From contig NZ_BJYJ01000003.1 in the NCBI RefSeq assembly GCF_007991455.1, positions 148,715 through 212,714 on the forward strand: 64,000 bases of DNA, in the 5' to 3' direction. Positions 37,875-47,610 of this stretch are shown one piece after another (position 1 is the stretch's first letter; each line of letters opens with the position of its first letter). Made by a program: the position numbers and the translations under genes. A model generated the notes under the pieces. It was given only the letters and a program-made list of their open reading frames with translations, was not told the DNA's origin and ran no database searches. Origin of the DNA: Chryseobacterium hagamense (lineage in GTDB: Bacteria; Bacteroidota; Bacteroidia; Flavobacteriales; Weeksellaceae).

Positions 37875-40532
37875 CTATCTGATTTCGATATTCTGTTTCA
37901 GCGGAAGGTTCTTCGAGGAGTTTCCGACCAAAATCCGGTATGTCCCTTTTTCGACGGTCCGGTTCATCTTTTCGTCCGGAAATTCCAGTTCTTTCACCGG
38001 GACTTCAATGGAAACCTGTTTTGATTCTCCCGGTTTTAAATAGACTTTCTGAAAGCCTTTCAGTTCGATAACAGGTCTTGAAACCGAAGCCAGCAGGTCT
38101 TTCACATACAATTGCACCACTTCGCTTCCTGCTTTTGAACCTGTATTTTTTATATTTACTTTAGCTATGATTGTATCGTTGGCGGAATAAGCTGACTGAT
38201 TTAATTCCAGTCCCGAAATCTCAAAAGTCGTATAGCTTAGCCCAAAGCCGAACGGGTACAACGGTTCGCCGCTCAGATCGTAATAATCATTTCCTCTTCC
38301 GGTCGGATGGTGGTTGTAGGATAAAGGCAGCTGCCCTTCTTCCACCGGAAAAGTCACCGGCAGTTTCCCGGACGGGTTTTCGGCACCGAACAACACTTTG
38401 GCCACGGCATTTCCTCCTTCTTCCCCCGGGTACCAGATATCGAGAATGGCCCCGACCTCATCTTTCCAATGCGTTGTTTTAATCGCAGAACCGCCGACCA
38501 ATACTACAGCAACCGGCTTATTCAGTTTTGAAACGTCGTGAATAAAAGCTTCTTGGTTTCCCGGCAGACTTAACGACGAGCGGTCCTGGAATTCCCCTTC
38601 ATGGATCCCGGCGGTTACCATAATATAATCGGCATTTCGGGCCTGTTTCAAAGCTTCATCATAATCTTTCTGATACTCATTCAACCCGTAATTCCAGATG
38701 AGCTCGATATTCGCCCCGCCCCTGTTTTCATGGAATTCTACGGCAAGGTCATAAGATTGTCCTTTAACAAAATCAAGATCGGCAGTCCTGGTGGAATAGC
38801 TCAGTTTTTCCCAGTGATCAATCAGTAATTTTCCGTTGAGGTACAATCGGAAACCATCGTTTCCCCGAAGGCCCAGCTGGTATTTTCCTGATTCCGGTGC
38901 CTGAAGCTTTCCGGTCCAGCGCACGCTGTAATTATCAGGCTGCAACTTGTCAGGATCCGGCGAATATAAGGTCCATTTGAAATTCAGCTGTCCGTCCTGT
39001 TTTTCAAAAGCAGGATTTCCCGTTAAATCCGGATTGGCAAAATATTTTCCAAGCAATCCTTTTTTATTTCCGGAGGATAAGAAATCAGTAGGAACGGTCA
39101 CAAACTTTTTCAGGTTCCAGTCTATTCCTTTTGAATAGTTGATTTCAACATTTTTATTTTTAACGAAATTACGGATTCCCTCCAGAATGCTTACTTTTTT
39201 GTTTCCCGGACCGGAATAGCCGCCCAGCCTCGCATCGGCCGCATCGGTACCCACCACCAGGATCTTTTTCACATGTTCAGGAACCGGAAGCGTTTTGTCA
39301 TTATTCTGAAGCAGGACAAAAGATTCAACAGCCGCCTTTTCAGCCAGCGGTTTATGATTGATTTTTTTCAAATCCTGAATGTCTTTATCGGAAACATAAG
39401 GGTTTTCAAACAATCCCAGTTCAAATTTCGCTCTCAGGACCCTTGCCACGGCATCATCAATCCGTTCTTTTGAAATCCGCCCGTCCAGGAACGGCGGGAT
39501 AAAAAGCTGATAGTGCTTGTATTCGGTCTGGAAAATGACATCCAGTCCGGCGTTGATGGCCTGCGCCGAAGCATCATCGTAATCTTTTGCCGTAAAATGC
39601 AGCACATTGGCTCCTCCGACGGCACTGGCATCGCTGATGACAAAGCCTTTGAAATTCCATTCTTTTTTCAGTTTTTCCGTCAGCAGCCAGTAGTTGGCCG
39701 TCGAGGGCCTGCCGTCCAGCAGGTTGTAGGAAGTCATGACCGACCGGCTTTTTCCCTTACGGAAAGCTTTTTCAAACGGTACCAGGTGTGTTTCCTCCAG
39801 ATATCGTCTGCTCCAGTGGATCGGATAGGAATCTCGGCCGCCTTCCCCGACGTTGGCCAGGAAGTGTTTCGGCGTGGTGATGATGCCCATGTTTTCAAAG
39901 GAACTGACAAAACTTACGCCCATCACCGAAGTCAGGAACGGATCTTCACCGTAGGTTTCTTCGGTTCTCCCCCACCGGACATCGCTCGCTAAATTCACCA
40001 CCGGCGTCAGAATCTGCCGGATGCCTCTCAGCTTAGATTCTCTGGCAATGGCCGTCGACACCTGTTTCATCAGTTCAGGATTAAACGTTGCGGCAAGACC
40101 GATGGCCTGAGGAAAAGCCGTGGCTCCTTCCCGGACCAGTCCGTGCAGTGCTTCGTCAAAAGGAATAACCGGGATGCCCAGTCTGGATTCCTCAATGAAG
40201 TATTTCTGAATGGCATTGATTTTTCTGGCCAGTTTATCTGCATCTTCGTTGGCATTATAGGTCAGCATCTGTCCTGCCGCACCGCCGCCCTGATTGGCGG
40301 CACTCACCTGCAGCCCGAAAATTCCGTGAGCATACTGCCCTTCCGGAACATGATCGAGATCACCGGGGATCATGAAGCACTGCCAGAATTTTTCTTCGGG
40401 TGTCATTCTTTTCAGCAGATCCTGAACCCGGGCTTCCACCGGCTGTTTCGGATCTTTGTACAAAGGTTTCTGGGCAGAAATGAATACGGAACCCAATAAT
40501 GAAATTCCGATAAGCGTAAAATTCAATTTCAT
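37875..40532 (-). CDS. GH3 beta-glucosidase (BglX-like) with an inserted PA14 domain
   Basis: GH3 N-domain with nucleophile context GFVISDAS and KHF. PA14-like insert LLGKYFANPDLTG...FKW. C-terminal Fn3-like domain. The Met at 40532 follows a signal peptide. Its start overlaps the GH29 stop (TAATG). Confidence 0.85.
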   Translation of the reverse strand: MKLNFTLIGISLLGSVFISAQKPLYKDPKQPVEARVQDLLKRMTPEEKFWQCFMIPGDLDHVPEGQYAHGIFGLQVSAANQGGGAAGQMLTYNANEDADKLARKINAIQKYFIEESRLGIPVIPFDEALHGLVREGATAFPQAIGLAATFNPELMKQVSTAIARESKLRGIRQILTPVVNLASDVRWGRTEETYGEDPFLTSVMGVSFVSSFENMGIITTPKHFLANVGEGGRDSYPIHWSRRYLEETHLVPFEKAFRKGKSRSVMTSYNLLDGRPSTANYWLLTEKLKKEWNFKGFVISDASAVGGANVLHFTAKDYDDASAQAINAGLDVIFQTEYKHYQLFIPPFLDGRISKERIDDAVARVLRAKFELGLFENPYVSDKDIQDLKKINHKPLAEKAAVESFVLLQNNDKTLPVPEHVKKILVVGTDAADARLGGYSGPGNKKVSILEGIRNFVKNKNVEINYSKGIDWNLKKFVTVPTDFLSSGNKKGLLGKYFANPDLTGNPAFEKQDGQLNFKWTLYSPDPDKLQPDNYSVRWTGKLQAPESGKYQLGLRGNDGFRLYLNGKLLIDHWEKLSYSTRTADLDFVKGQSYDLAVEFHENRGGANIELIWNYGLNEYQKDYDEALKQARNADYIMVTAGIHEGEFQDRSSLSLPGNQEAFIHDVSKLNKPVAVVLVGGSAIKTTHWKDEVGAILDIWYPGEEGGNAVAKVLFGAENPSGKLPVTFPVEEGQLPLSYNHHPTGRGNDYYDLSGEPLYPFGFGLSYTTFEISGLELNQSAYSANDTIIAKVNIKNTGSKAGSEVVQLYVKDLLASVSRPVIELKGFQKVYLKPGESKQVSIEVPVKELEFPDEKMNRTVEKGTYRILVGNSSKNLPLKQNIEIR

Positions 40533-41974
40533 TACTGAACGATTTGGATAACGGTGGCATATTTTAATCCGGCTCTCTGCTCGGGCAACTGAACATCGAC
40601 GGAGCTCCCGGTCTTTTTCCACTGGATTTTTCCCGGCAGCCCCAGTACTTTCAGTGATTTCGGGTTGCAATTTTCAGGAATGGTGAAATGTAAGGTTGAA
40701 GGGGACCTGTAGTCTGCTTTTTCATCCAGGTGGAAAACATTCACCGTTTTGCCGTCTTTGCTCCGGGTATAATAAAAATTACCGTCGTGATAAGGCGCAA
40801 TGCTGCGCGTTGCAAAAACGGCCGACTGATTCTGATCCATCCAGCCTGAAATTTCCTTTAATCTTTCGTAAACCACGGGATCATAATCACCGTTCGGACC
40901 GGGTGCGATATTCATCAGGTAATTTCCACCCCTGGAAATGATTTTTACCAGGGTTTCAATGATTTTCTGCGAAGATTTATAATTGTCGTTCGGCACATAG
41001 GAGAAGGAGTCGCCCATCGTGATGCAGCTCTCCCACGGAATATCGAGGGCCTTTTCGGGAACCGCCTGTTCCGGCGTTACGTAATTTTCCCATTTTCCGG
41101 GAACGGTACGGTCCACCACAATGATTCCGGGCTGGTTTTTACGGGCCATGGTCCCGATCTTATCCATATTGATATCCTGTTCCACTTTGATCGTCCTCTG
41201 CCATTCCACCTTCGGATCGATGGTATTAAACGGGCGTACCCAGCCTCCATCGAGCCAGAGGATATCGATCCTGCCATAGCCGGAAGTGATCTCATTCAAC
41301 TGGTTAAAAGTAAATTTCTTAAAATTTTCCCAGCGTCCGGGATATTTTTTCGGGTCATAATTCACGTTACGGTCCTTCGGCGGAAAATAGGACCACCAGT
41401 AATCGTCGGAATGCCAGTCGGGTTTGGAAAAATAAGCCCCGATCTTAAACCCTTCGTTTCTGAACGTGCTGAAAATTTCCTTCGTTACATTCGCCTTCGG
41501 ATTCTTCGAAAAAGGCGTTTTGGCGGACGTTATTTTATAGTCCGACTCTTGGGTATCGAACATGGCAAAACCGTCATGGTGTTTGGTGGTAAAAACCACA
41601 TATTTCATCCCCGCTTTTTTTGCAGCATCCGCCCATTTCTGCGGGTTGAACTGCACCGGATTGAAAGTCGTCTGAAGGTTTTCGTAATTCTTCACATATT
41701 CAAAATACGATTTTCCGTGTTCCGGCTTCCGCCGGGTCCAGGATTCATCTTCCGGGCAAAGGCTCCAGCTTTCCACAATCCCCCATTGGCTGTACGTTCC
41801 CCAATGCATAAAAAGTCCGAATTTCAGGTCCTGCCAGTTTTCAAGATTCTGTATAACCAGGGGATCCGTCGGTTTTTGATAGCCTTCTGAGACATTGTGG
41901 GCCTGGGAAAAAAGAGCGGAAGAAAGGAATAAGGAAGAGCGCAGTAAAGTCTTCGTTTTTGGTAAGATGAACAT
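40532..41974 (-). CDS. GH29 alpha-L-fucosidase
   Basis: FGLFMHWGTYSQWG...HHDGF motifs and a signal peptide. Confidence 0.85.
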   Translation of the reverse strand: MFILPKTKTLLRSSLFLSSALFSQAHNVSEGYQKPTDPLVIQNLENWQDLKFGLFMHWGTYSQWGIVESWSLCPEDESWTRRKPEHGKSYFEYVKNYENLQTTFNPVQFNPQKWADAAKKAGMKYVVFTTKHHDGFAMFDTQESDYKITSAKTPFSKNPKANVTKEIFSTFRNEGFKIGAYFSKPDWHSDDYWWSYFPPKDRNVNYDPKKYPGRWENFKKFTFNQLNEITSGYGRIDILWLDGGWVRPFNTIDPKVEWQRTIKVEQDINMDKIGTMARKNQPGIIVVDRTVPGKWENYVTPEQAVPEKALDIPWESCITMGDSFSYVPNDNYKSSQKIIETLVKIISRGGNYLMNIAPGPNGDYDPVVYERLKEISGWMDQNQSAVFATRSIAPYHDGNFYYTRSKDGKTVNVFHLDEKADYRSPSTLHFTIPENCNPKSLKVLGLPGKIQWKKTGSSVDVQLPEQRAGLKYATVIQIVQ

Positions 41975-42644
41975 TCAGTTAAGTTTTTGCTAATTTAATC
42001 ATCCTTTCAAGAATGCACAAACGATTTTTTAATAGATAAGGTTTTAGCAGTATGAGGTAGATGAGATTTAGACTGAGGTTTTAAAATAGTTTTGATAATC
42101 ATGATCTGCAGCTTACAGTCGACTGCAAAAATTTTAACCACAAAAGATTCAAAAGACTTACTTGCTGTTTAATAAAGCTGAAAAACCGGACGCCGGATGA
42201 GTTCACAAAAGCGTTAAAAAAATCAGAGATTTTTATGCTCCATCCCCGATCTCCAGAATCTGCGTGAGATAAAAACGCAAAACAAAACGATTTCCGCAAA
42301 AATTCAGATGTGAATCTTTTCATACATTCATTCATACTACGTTTAGATCCCTAACCGGAATGACAAACAGGATGTAAAAATTTTTAAAATACACGCAAAG
42401 ATCTGTGAAAATCTGTGCAAATCTTTGGTTCGAATCCCACTCCAATCTTTTAAAAATCTTTGATTTTTAATCTTATGTGTTCTAAAATATACGGGCTTCG
42501 ACTACCCTTAGCCACCAGAAAATCAGAGCTGATGCGTTAAAGTCATACGCCATCATTGTGAAAGCCCATGTCATTTGTGGGAGATTTTTTACCGCAAAGA
42601 AACAGCAATCCGGCGGCTGATCGGAGCCGAAGCCACATGCATCC

Positions 42645-43547
42645 TTAATTTTTACGGATTAAATCTTCAAACGCCTTTTCAATAGTAGGATAAGTAAAAT
42701 GAAAACCGCTTTTGACCAATTTTTCAGGATATACATTTCTGCTTTTGAGCAACAGTTCGGTTTCGGTTCCTAAAAATACGGAGGCGATCTCCAATTGCCA
42801 TACCGCAGCGTTCAGCCCAAAAGGGATTTTCATGGCCTGCCTTAATTTTTTCATGAAAGTCTCATTGGATAAGGGATTGGGTGCCGTGATGTTGATCGCT
42901 CCGGAAATTTGTTCATTATCAATAATATGCTCAACCGCCCTGCAGAAATCGTCGATATGAATCCAGCTGACGTTCTGGTCTCCCCGGCCCTGCTTTCCCC
43001 CGAGGCCGGATTTCGTCAGCACTTTCATTTTCGGAAAGGCACCGCCGTTATTTCCCAGCACAATGGAAGTCCGCAAAGCCACTTTTCTTACGTTGTCCGT
43101 ATTTATTTTAAAAAATTCCTGTTCCCAGCTTTTGCAGATGTTCATAGAAAAATCATCGCCGATGATTCCGTTTTCTTCGGTGTTGAGCCGGGTTTCGGAA
43201 TGGATGTAAATGGTAGCCGAACCGGCATTCAGCCAGGCTTTCGGTTTAAAACGGCATTGGTCTATGGCCTGCTGCAGGACTTTTGTGCTGTCGATCCGGG
43301 ATTCATAGATTTCCTGCCTGTTTTTTGGCGTGTAGCGGCAATCCACGGATTTCCCGGCCAGGTTGATGAGTACATCGGCATTTTCAAGCAGGTTTTTCCA
43401 TTCGCCTAAGGTCCTGGCGTCCCAGTGGAATTCGTTTTTGCGTTTTGGGTTGCGGGTCAGGATAGAGACCTGATGGCCTTTGGCGGTAAAACACTGTTCA
43501 AGGTTTTTTCCGAGGAAGCCGGTTCCGGCAGCGATGATTATTTTCAT
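42645..43547 (-). CDS. TIGR01777 (SDR39U1 / YfcH-like) NAD-dependent epimerase-family protein
   Basis: IIAAGTGFLGKNL Rossmann motif. C-terminal DUF1731-like end. 300 aa. Confidence 0.8.
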   Translation of the reverse strand: MKIIIAAGTGFLGKNLEQCFTAKGHQVSILTRNPKRKNEFHWDARTLGEWKNLLENADVLINLAGKSVDCRYTPKNRQEIYESRIDSTKVLQQAIDQCRFKPKAWLNAGSATIYIHSETRLNTEENGIIGDDFSMNICKSWEQEFFKINTDNVRKVALRTSIVLGNNGGAFPKMKVLTKSGLGGKQGRGDQNVSWIHIDDFCRAVEHIIDNEQISGAINITAPNPLSNETFMKKLRQAMKIPFGLNAAVWQLEIASVFLGTETELLLKSRNVYPEKLVKSGFHFTYPTIEKAFEDLIRKN

Positions 43548-43617
43548 GAGAGGAAGTTTAAAGTTTAAGGTTTAGGGTTTGAGGTTTAAAGAAAATCAGC
43601 TTTTTACTTTTCATTTT

Positions 43618-43914
43618 TTACTCCCGCCAGATTTTAATAACCTTGATTATTAAATAAGCAAATAATAAAATAGCGACAATGGTCTCAGCGAAAAGAATCA
43701 GTAAAAAAGCATGTGATAATTCCCTACGGATATTTTGCTGGAACAGGAAAAATACGGATATGAACAAACTGCTGATTATAAATTTAGATATTTTTTTCAT
43801 TTTTGCATGCTCCAATACCATATTGATGACAACCAATGAAAGTATAGGAAAAATCAACCATGAAATAATCAATACCAGTATCATAAAACCCAAGTCAAAA
43901 GGGGCTCCGATCAT
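43618..43914 (-). CDS. Small membrane protein (hypothetical)
   Basis: 98 aa, three hydrophobic segments. Confidence 0.35.
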   Translation of the reverse strand: MIGAPFDLGFMILVLIISWLIFPILSLVVINMVLEHAKMKKISKFIISSLFISVFFLFQQNIRRELSHAFLLILFAETIVAILLFAYLIIKVIKIWRE

Positions 43915-44052
43915 GATCTAATTTTTTTTTCGTTAAATGTATATATTTTTTGTTTGAGGTATGTACTATAACTTTTTCTTAATCGCCATTGATTATCTTT
44001 GTAAATGTTTCTTCATATTTAAGATTACAGGATAAAGATTCCGGTCTTCTAT

Positions 44053-44508
44053 TTAAACCTTTGCCTCTGCCGTGCTTTTAATCAGCCGGTTTCTTTCCAG
44101 CAGGAATTTTTTCATATAATTTTTAAGGAAAATGGCGTTGAATACTTTCCCGATGATTCCCAACGGAGATTCAAACTCAAAAATATCCTTCATAATCGTG
44201 TACCGTCCTTCCTGCCTGAAAAGATGCTGATGTTTCATGGATCTGAATGTACCTTTCAGCATAATATCCGTGAAATGATAGGGTTTCTGCATGGCGACGA
44301 TCTTCGTGGTCAACGTCTGCGTGACGCCGAGGTGCCTGGCTTTCCAGGTAACGGTTTCGCCAAGTTCGATCAGTCCTGACGTTCTTCCGGCAATGGCTTT
44401 TTCACCGGTCCGGAAAGTGGATTTCTGATGAAGATCGATGTCCCGGGCCAGATCGAAAACTTTCCGGATGTCAGCTTCGATGCGGGTGTGTAAACGGATC
44501 ACAGACAT
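44053..44508 (-). CDS. SRPBCC (polyketide-cyclase/START-like) family protein
   Basis: 151 aa. Pattern typical of the Polyketide_cyc2 / cell-division-inhibitor-like family. Confidence 0.55.
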   Translation of the reverse strand: MSVIRLHTRIEADIRKVFDLARDIDLHQKSTFRTGEKAIAGRTSGLIELGETVTWKARHLGVTQTLTTKIVAMQKPYHFTDIMLKGTFRSMKHQHLFRQEGRYTIMKDIFEFESPLGIIGKVFNAIFLKNYMKKFLLERNRLIKSTAEAKV

Positions 44509-44519
44509 TTTTTTATTTT

Positions 44520-45326
44520 TTAAAGGTTAATTAAAATTAAAACAGCCAGAACGGCCATCCTGAAAAGCGTCCAGGAAAGCGTCGGCAGCAGATTAAGTCC
44601 TAATACTTTACCCCTTCTGATATGTTCGAAAAACATGACGGTAACAACGGTTCCGAAATAGATGAATGCTGCCGTAATGTTAAGGTCTATAAACAATCCT
44701 GGAATCAGGAGAAGGGTTCCGATAAGGGAAACGGTCATCATATTTCCTAAGTAATCCCAAAGCTTTTCCTTCAGATATACTTTCAGAAAAACGGTCTGCC
44801 ATAAGATATGTCCGGTGCAGATTCCGGCTTCCCTGAAGAAATTCCGGTTCAATCCTAATTTTTCGGAAAACAGGCTTAAAATACATCCTGAAAAGACGGC
44901 AACAAAAACGAGGTAAGCCAGTCTGTATTTCAGATTGAAATCAGGATTACAGGCGTCTGCTCTATGACCGTTCCTTGAAGGAATGATCTGTTTGCGGTTG
45001 TACGAAACAAAAGAGTACAGCTTTTTAAAAAACCAATACAGAGGCTTGATACGCGCTGTTTTTTCCAGTATCGGAAAAGAATTGCCGATGATCAGTAACA
45101 GGCTGTCGAGGCCGTAGGTGACTTTATTTTCATCATGGTTCACCAGAGCAATTTCATTTTTTGCCCGGTTAAAATCAATCCGGTTTTCAGTTTCAACACT
45201 CAGTTCCGTAAAAGCTTCCCTTCCGTGCTGATCCAGCATTCCTGCGGCGATAAAGCCTTTGGAATAGAGGTTGCACATCGGGCATTCGCTGTCGTAAATC
45301 AGGGTATGGTTTTTCAGGGTTTTCAT
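44520..45326 (-). CDS. DCC-family thiol-disulfide oxidoreductase (DUF393) with a C-terminal membrane domain
   Basis: IYDSECPMCN (YDGxCxxC). The C-terminal half is hydrophobic. Confidence 0.75.
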   Translation of the reverse strand: MKTLKNHTLIYDSECPMCNLYSKGFIAAGMLDQHGREAFTELSVETENRIDFNRAKNEIALVNHDENKVTYGLDSLLLIIGNSFPILEKTARIKPLYWFFKKLYSFVSYNRKQIIPSRNGHRADACNPDFNLKYRLAYLVFVAVFSGCILSLFSEKLGLNRNFFREAGICTGHILWQTVFLKVYLKEKLWDYLGNMMTVSLIGTLLLIPGLFIDLNITAAFIYFGTVVTVMFFEHIRRGKVLGLNLLPTLSWTLFRMAVLAVLILINL

Positions 45327-45553
45327 GAGTTATTTTTTTATAGATTCATATAATTATTTAAAGAAATAAGCTGTCATAACGGTCAATTATTGAGCTCGCA
45401 ACCATTGGAAACAGGGAAACCAGCATGGACTGAAAATAAAAATCGTTGATAATAAAAGTTTTCATGGTTATCGTTTTTAATTAATTTTTCTGGTGAATCC
45501 CGAAATAAACAATCAGGAACAGATGGATGAATAAGTTTTTCATAATTATAAAA

Positions 45554-45572
45554 TTTTCAATAATTTTTGAAA
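45554..45572. promoter_or_regulatory. Operator-like palindrome TTTTCAATAATTTTTGAAA (TTTCAA-N7-TTGAAA), copy 1, in the promoter region of the DUF393 operon
   Basis: Identical 19-mer at 46212-46230, upstream of the GbsR-type regulator gene. Confidence 0.5.
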
Positions 45573-45658
45573 GTTTAAATTAAATAAAAAAGGCGCTTGC
45601 CTTTGGGGTCCGACTTTGTCAAAGTTGAAATCTTTGAAAAAGTTTTCGCGGCTGACTG

Positions 45659-46162
45659 CTATTTCAACAGGTTGGTAATCTTCCCTACCAGCCAGTGGTC
45701 GTCGCTTTTGATCGCCAGATCCATGATGTTGTTGATTTTCCCGGTCACGGTGCTGAAATCATTCATCAGTTTAATGAATTCTTTGGCACCTTCCGTATCC
45801 TTATCTTCAATATCCTTCAGCTCTTCCAGAAAGGAAATCACCGGTTCTATTTCCCGCTTCCGGCGTTCTTTGGTAATCTGCTTAAAAAGAAACCATACGT
45901 CTTTCTCAGCTACGAAATATTCTTTCCGGTCCCCTTTCACGAACTCCTTTTTTACAATCCCCCAGTCCATCAGTGCCCGGAGGTTCATGTTGGCATTCCC
46001 CCTGGAAATTTCCAGCTGCTGCATCACCTCATCGGTCGAAAGCGGCTTATCACTCACGATCAGCAACGCATGTACCTGTGCCATCGTTCGGTTGATCCCC
46101 CAATTGGTGGCGAACGTGCCCCAAGTCTGGATGTATTTTTCTTTAGCTTCCGATAAAGTCAT
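45659..46162 (-). CDS. GbsR/MarR-type winged-helix transcriptional regulator
   Basis: 167 aa. HTH region LSTDEVMQQLEISRGNANMNLRALMDWGIV. Flanked on both sides by the 19-bp palindrome. Confidence 0.65.
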   Translation of the reverse strand: MTLSEAKEKYIQTWGTFATNWGINRTMAQVHALLIVSDKPLSTDEVMQQLEISRGNANMNLRALMDWGIVKKEFVKGDRKEYFVAEKDVWFLFKQITKERRKREIEPVISFLEELKDIEDKDTEGAKEFIKLMNDFSTVTGKINNIMDLAIKSDDHWLVGKITNLLK

Positions 46163-46211
46163 TGTCTTACTGTTTCAGTTTCTTATGACAAAGATAATTA
46201 TATTTTTTGAA

Positions 46212-46230
46212 TTTTCAATAATTTTTGAAA
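46212..46230. promoter_or_regulatory. Operator-like palindrome TTTTCAATAATTTTTGAAA, copy 2 (autoregulatory position)
   Basis: Exact duplicate of 45554-45572. About 50 bp upstream of the regulator start. Confidence 0.5.
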
Positions 46231-46281
46231 ATTATTTTTTTAGCTGGATTACTTTGATTTGATTACGTCACTCGCCGCTCC

Positions 46282-47457
46282 TTACAAATTTGCGCTGATT
46301 AGTGGGTACAGTACCGCTATGTTCAGATCTCCCGAATAGATGACCGCTCCCTTTTTATCAATCAGCACGATCTGGGGAAAGGCGGATATGCCGTAATTTT
46401 TGTTTACCGCCTCATCACCGGATAAGACCTCGTAATTTACCTTATGCCTGATTATAAACTGATCAATCGACGACCGGCTGTCTGTTGTATTGACAGCAAG
46501 CAATTTGAACTTTGACGGGTCGTATCTATTGTTTAATTTATTTAATTCCGGAACCGCGTTAATACAGTAGCTGCAGTTTTTGATCCAGAATTCCAGTAAG
46601 ACCACCTCTCCTTTGAATTCATGCAGCCTTACTTTTCCTCTCGTCTTACTTTTATCAAGGGTAAAATCCGGGGCACTTTGCCCAACATCGATTATCTTCA
46701 CAGGATTCCTCTCTTCCGGTGTGTATTCTTTTAAATAAGTTGAATAGTACCAGCTGTCTTCTGCCGGAGGTACCGGATGAAGCACAATATCTGAAAACTC
46801 GGTCCGGTTGATGTCCCGGCTTCCTTTTTTAAGCTGTATAAAACTTACAGGCAGGAAACTTTTCCGGTCAACAATTAATTTGTTGTAGAATGTAATTTTT
46901 TCAGTGGTTGCCGTAAAATCCGTCCCGAGATAATTGGGAAAGCGGTCCTGTACTTTAAAGTTGAGAAGATAAAAGTGTTTTTTGCCCATCAGGGTATCCT
47001 TTACGTGTTTTTCAATATGCTCATCCTTGATTACCGTGGGCAGAATATTCCTTAGAGTGATTATTGAATTGTACAAAGCGGACAGGCCTTCAAAATCTGC
47101 AGCTTTCATTTTGTTTTTTATATGAATCGTCCTGTCAGCTGCAGAGGTTTCAAAAAACCCGGAATTATTGAAAACAGAAAATCCGTTCTGATCTTTATAC
47201 TGATACCTGAAGCCCGCGAGATCATATTCTTTATTGAAATCAATATATATGCTGCCTTCCGACTTGCTGTGATAGTCTTCTGCAGGGTAGGTAAATTCTT
47301 GTGTGTAACGATAGGTAATCGTTTTTACCGACTGTAATTTTTGGGAAAGCTTTCTGAAGATCTTCAATTCCTTTTCCGGAGTTCCTGCATTTAACCATAG
47401 ACAGGTACATGCAGACACGAGGATGATAAACCTGAAAAAAAAGCTGAAATTTTTCAT
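46282..47457 (-). CDS. Lipoprotein with a C-terminal TlpA/thioredoxin-like (redoxin) domain
   Basis: Signal peptide plus a Cys. C-terminal FWIKNCSYCI (CxxC) in a thioredoxin-fold context. Confidence 0.65.
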   Translation of the reverse strand: MKNFSFFFRFIILVSACTCLWLNAGTPEKELKIFRKLSQKLQSVKTITYRYTQEFTYPAEDYHSKSEGSIYIDFNKEYDLAGFRYQYKDQNGFSVFNNSGFFETSAADRTIHIKNKMKAADFEGLSALYNSIITLRNILPTVIKDEHIEKHVKDTLMGKKHFYLLNFKVQDRFPNYLGTDFTATTEKITFYNKLIVDRKSFLPVSFIQLKKGSRDINRTEFSDIVLHPVPPAEDSWYYSTYLKEYTPEERNPVKIIDVGQSAPDFTLDKSKTRGKVRLHEFKGEVVLLEFWIKNCSYCINAVPELNKLNNRYDPSKFKLLAVNTTDSRSSIDQFIIRHKVNYEVLSGDEAVNKNYGISAFPQIVLIDKKGAVIYSGDLNIAVLYPLISANL

Positions 47458-47610
47458 GATCCGTTTTTAATAGTTTCAAAAATACAAAATTTTGTCCTGT
47501 AACTAAGAAAATAAATCAATACTTCCCGAATGCCCGGTAATAACCATTGTTAAATAAAAAAAAGCAGGCATTCCTGAGAATGCCCGCTTCACCTAACTTA
47601 ATATATATAT

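Noticed and set aside
42418-42450. Intact tRNA gene
   Set aside because: Only the T-loop and 3' acceptor half are recognisable. The 5' partner strands do not pair. Reported as a fragment and not as a tRNA feature.
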